Assembly: GCF_033153115.1 (NCBI RefSeq)
Contig: NW_026889761.1
Span: 12,462,001 to 12,526,000 of the forward strand
Direction: 5' to 3'
Source of the DNA: Saccostrea echinata
Taxonomy: Eukaryota
Length of the DNA stretch: 64,000 bases
The notes under the pieces: generated by a model
What the model was told of the DNA's origin: nothing
What the model saw: only the letters and a program-made list of their open reading frames with translations
Database searches by the model: none
Shown: piece by piece, positions 60,221 through 64,000 of the stretch
Layout of the letters: each line of letters opens with the position of its first letter
Position numbering within the stretch: position 1 is the first letter of the stretch
Translations under genes and position numbers: made by a program

Positions 60221-62945
60221 ACATTTCAATCGTCTCATTTGCTTTAATAAATATATTAGTGTAAAGTGTGTAAATTGTTCTCTATATCAAATCTAAGAAT
60301 AAAAATAGAGTGAAATATTTAGGAATGAAAACCACTATTGCAGTGCACATACAGTATAAGCGCAGTTAGCCATTAAGTTCAGTTACGTTGATGACATGTG
60401 AGATGTGATTCGTTATAATAATTAGAATTCTACGCAGATATAAATATTGGCCATGAAATTTAAATCTAAGACACAAAGTTATTTTTTGTGAAGTATTCAA
60501 GAATTCATTTGAGATTTGATAAATTCTAAAACTTTTTATGTGATAAAACACTCCACAGCGCATTTAGGTTCGATTTTAAAATGTGAATTTCAAATAGTAA
60601 AAAAAAATCAATATTCAAACATCTGAAATATTGTATCACTTAAATAAATTTTAGATTATTCCCTATGTTTCCGGAGATGGGTTTAATTACAGAATATATA
60701 AGAAATGGTATCAGAATCATCAGTAGTTTGAGTACTTGTTGTAATACTGTTTTAGCCATACGTTTGCCTTCGGAAAATTCCTAAGAACATAAACCTGTAT
60801 ATATCAGTCTCAGTAACTTATATTACTATTTCTGATTCTTCAAAGTTTTCTTTAATATATGATTCAATTCAATAAAGTTTCTTTTTTTTTTTTGGTCTAG
60901 ACAGTCATTAAAAATGCTAAAATTAAGATATATTATTTATGTCCCAAAGTTCATATTTATGTTGTTCAAAATAATCATTAAAAGTCTTTCAAAGATAACA
61001 TACCCCCCTCCCCCGTATGTTTTGTGTTGAAATGGCCTCATAATTAAACTATGTTGGATGCTGTATTTTGCCCTGTTCATGTTTCTCGTTGTTTACAGTA
61101 TTCATGAATTTGATAACAGTTCATAAGCTTCAACTTTTTCATACAAACCATGGTATTAGTAGCATACAACATTCTAACAAACTTTTTAAAGTTAAATCCA
61201 ATTAAGTATTTTTGAGCATTTTATGCATACAACATTCTATCAAACTCTTCAAAGTTAAAGCCAATTAAGTATTTTCAAGCATTTTATGCATATAGTTACA
61301 GAAAGTCAAGTATTTACTTTAATTGTATCATTTTATTTAAAGGTACTCCTGAATCTGTGTTTTGAGTTACAATATGTATGCAGTATGTTCTCTGACGTCG
61401 AACAAAACGTAAAATGCAAGCGTAATGTTGGCCTGCTAATCTAAGACACCAGCAAATATGTCCATATGCTCTTTTAGATAAAGTAACTTGAAAGTTTTTA
61501 TCATTTATTTTTCACCGGAATACCAACAAAAGTGTCCTTTGTACGTGTAAATATAAAGTAGACATATATGTACCGATAAAGTACATATAGAATATGAAAT
61601 AAACAGTAATATTTAAAGCCTTACAGATAGCTCTTACAAGGACATTTTTTCAATAAAAATGCTTCATGTGATTGCTTAAGTTTCTCTACTAATTAGTGTA
61701 AATTGATGATAGATTTACCAATCCCAATAATCTCCATTTACTTATCTGATAACTGTTGATTATATTAACAAAATGATTTATGAATGAATACATTTTCTGT
61801 GTTTGAGTATCCACTTACTTGTGTTTGTCCGTTCTAAAGATTAGGCAGTGTCAGGAATTCCTGAAAACAGTGTTGTTACAATTTTTCTAGAGCTTTCCTT
61901 TCTAACAACAATAAAGATGATATGGTTTAAGTAGAAGAAACTTCTAATTCAAAGAAAAAAACTAACAGGTGTACTTTCAGAGAATGGGCAATTTGTGGAC
62001 TTTCTCTTTCACAGAGATGCGTATTTCATGGTATTTTAGCAGTTAAACAAAACAGTGAAATATGTAAGCAAAGTCGAGTTGTCGATCTTTGCAAGGAGCT
62101 AGTATTTACTGTTTTGCAAATTTACAAAGAAAAATCTTGTATTCTTAGTTATGGGAAAATAAAACGTCTGTCTCACTTTTTTTTCATATATAATTATATT
62201 GAGAAAACGTTTTGAACATTTGAATTGGATGTTATTTCTTTAATCGTGTTTTCAAAGAAATGAAATATATGCATAAAAATATGAAATAATTTGAATACGT
62301 TAATTTACTTCAGGTACCTTATGTAGAAGATTAGCATGGTCTGTTCGTTGATGTATTATGGAAATAATTTTATCCTCTATCATTACTTTATCCATATTGA
62401 CCATTTTGGTTCTTGCACAGACCTAATGAAAGTACATACGTTAAAAAACAAATTTGGACGTTAAGTTACAGTGCATGGTGGCCAGCTATAGAGCGAACGA
62501 ATGACCTCCTCAGGTGCTGAAAGGTGGTGGTTTTTTAAAGTCAATATGTGCTTAAGATTTTTTATTTTGTATAAGTAACATATTGTGCATCTTATTTAAG
62601 AACATTTCTGGTGTATTTCCAATAACAGTTTTACTGTCGATGGACCATGAGAGAGTGTTAAGTGAGCAAAGATATAGGCATAATGATAACTACTTCTTGA
62701 GAATCAGTGATTTACTTAGGATATATTAACAAACCATTGAACGTATTTGATATTACTTGAAAAAGTACAATTGCTCAGAAAACAGATTATGTGTCTCATT
62801 CATCTTGTTTTTTATGTGTAGTTTAAAAAAACGATTTCGTCCAACCACACTTTGTAGAAATGAAATATGTCTTTAAAAGTGGTGTGACAGTTGAGAATAA
62901 ATCTTTTCCAAATTATTTATACGTTTCTTAAGTCAAATGTCTTTT

Positions 62946-63790
62946 ATCTTTAGTGTACCAACATAATCATTCTATTATTGTTGATATAAAGAAATTGGCG
63001 ACATAACTGCTGATTTTACTGTGATCCACAAAGTGGCAATGAGTTGGACGTGTTGTATGGAGTAATGAGATTTGTATTAACGATTTGACAAAGTAATCCA
63101 AAAGGACGACTCAAAGAAGAAACATTTGAAAGTGCTAATGCTAAAAAGTCTTGTCTGTTTATTGTTAAGGTCAGACGACACGTTCCTAAAAAATATATAA
63201 TTTTTTCCTAAGAATTTGCCATTTACGTTTAACTACTTAAACAAGTTTCCTCACCAAAAATTGAGGTACCTTGCATGTACTAGGCATCTGAGCAAGATAC
63301 TTGAGGGTGATATTTCTTATATATAATCCTTATGGATAATCATTTGAATTGCCAATGTCACAATTTTTAGTGTACTTTTTTTAAACATATTGAAAACAAT
63401 TAAAAAATCACAAGAGAATGACAAATATGAATAATTCTTTATATAATACCAAGGTATACAAAATACATATTTGAGGAACGTGTCGTCTGACCTTAAGTAC
63501 AAAACTAATCCTTATTCCCCTGATCAAATCATTCGGAGAACACGTGATCAATGGACAAATTGAAATCTTTGGAATATAATTTAACTAATAACAAATGTGA
63601 ACACATTGTTACTTGGTGTATTACTTGGTGTGTGACCAGATAAACAGTTTATGGATCAATCTTATGAATAAGTTCAAGCCTTTTGTGAATACACTGCCTT
63701 TCTTGAAAAGGTAGAAGATATGAAGCGATATGAATTGATGTGTAATGAATATTGTTCTAATTATAAAATAGGAAAAAGAAACTAACGTTT
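62946..63790 (+). pseudogene. Disrupted tandem duplicate of the LRAT-domain gene (3' half)
   Basis: Aligns with about 59686-60225 (e.g. CCAAAAGGACGACTCAAAGAAGAAACATTTGAAAGTG; AATCCTTATTCCCCTGATCAAATCATT). It has indels, a GGA>TGA stop near 63086 and a MITE insertion. Confidence 0.9.
63169..63492. mobile_element. Kolobok-type MITE (324 bp)
   Basis: Perfect 19-bp TIR GGTCAGACGACACGTTCCT and TTAA duplication (63165-63168, 63493-63496). The intact paralogue shows the empty site ATTGTTAAGTACAAAA at 59915-59930. Confidence 0.92.
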
Positions 63791-64000
63791 AACATTTGTT
63801 GTTTATTTGTATATAAAGTTAAAAAAAAAAAATAATGGTAGTAGATAATTGGAGTAAGAAAACATGACAGGACATTTCCAATTGAATCAACAAGCAGCAG
63901 TTAAATAAAGGCGGGTCTCAAGGCTTCTCAGGTAAATACTCTGTTCCTTTAGAAGTAACTGTTAAGATTCCTCCATTTTTCTGATCTGTTAAAAGCTTTA

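Overview
AT-rich, intron-containing animal DNA. The repeat families and gene types point to an oyster-like bivalve; this is inferred, not verified. Host genes reconstructed by hand from splice sites: two convergent 7-exon paralogues of a Zn-dependent homocysteine S-methyltransferase (BHMT-like; 13768-20847 + and 42460-53586 -), a small secreted Calx-beta-like/TSP1 gene between them (24929-31683 -), and an LRAT/NlpC-P60 (H-box/NC) gene (59234-60220 +) followed by a broken tandem copy. A spliced Kolobok-like transposase runs off the left edge. Mobile DNA is dense. It includes a near-intact BEL/Pao LTR retrotransposon with identical LTRs nested in a Helentron-type satellite element, two more Helentron-type non-autonomous elements, eight or more copies of a Penelope-like RT family, a fold-back Penelope GIY-YIG element, a SINE and several MITEs. 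Two structures stand out. (1) 19578-20169 is a miniature non-coding LTR element (TRIM) arranged LTR-internal-LTR-internal-LTR, with a tRNA-like gene inside every LTR, a PBS, a PPT and a 4-bp TSD. (2) Both arms of the Penelope fold-back carry a minimal hammerhead-ribozyme motif. All coordinates were read by eye and may be off by a few bases for degenerate repeats.
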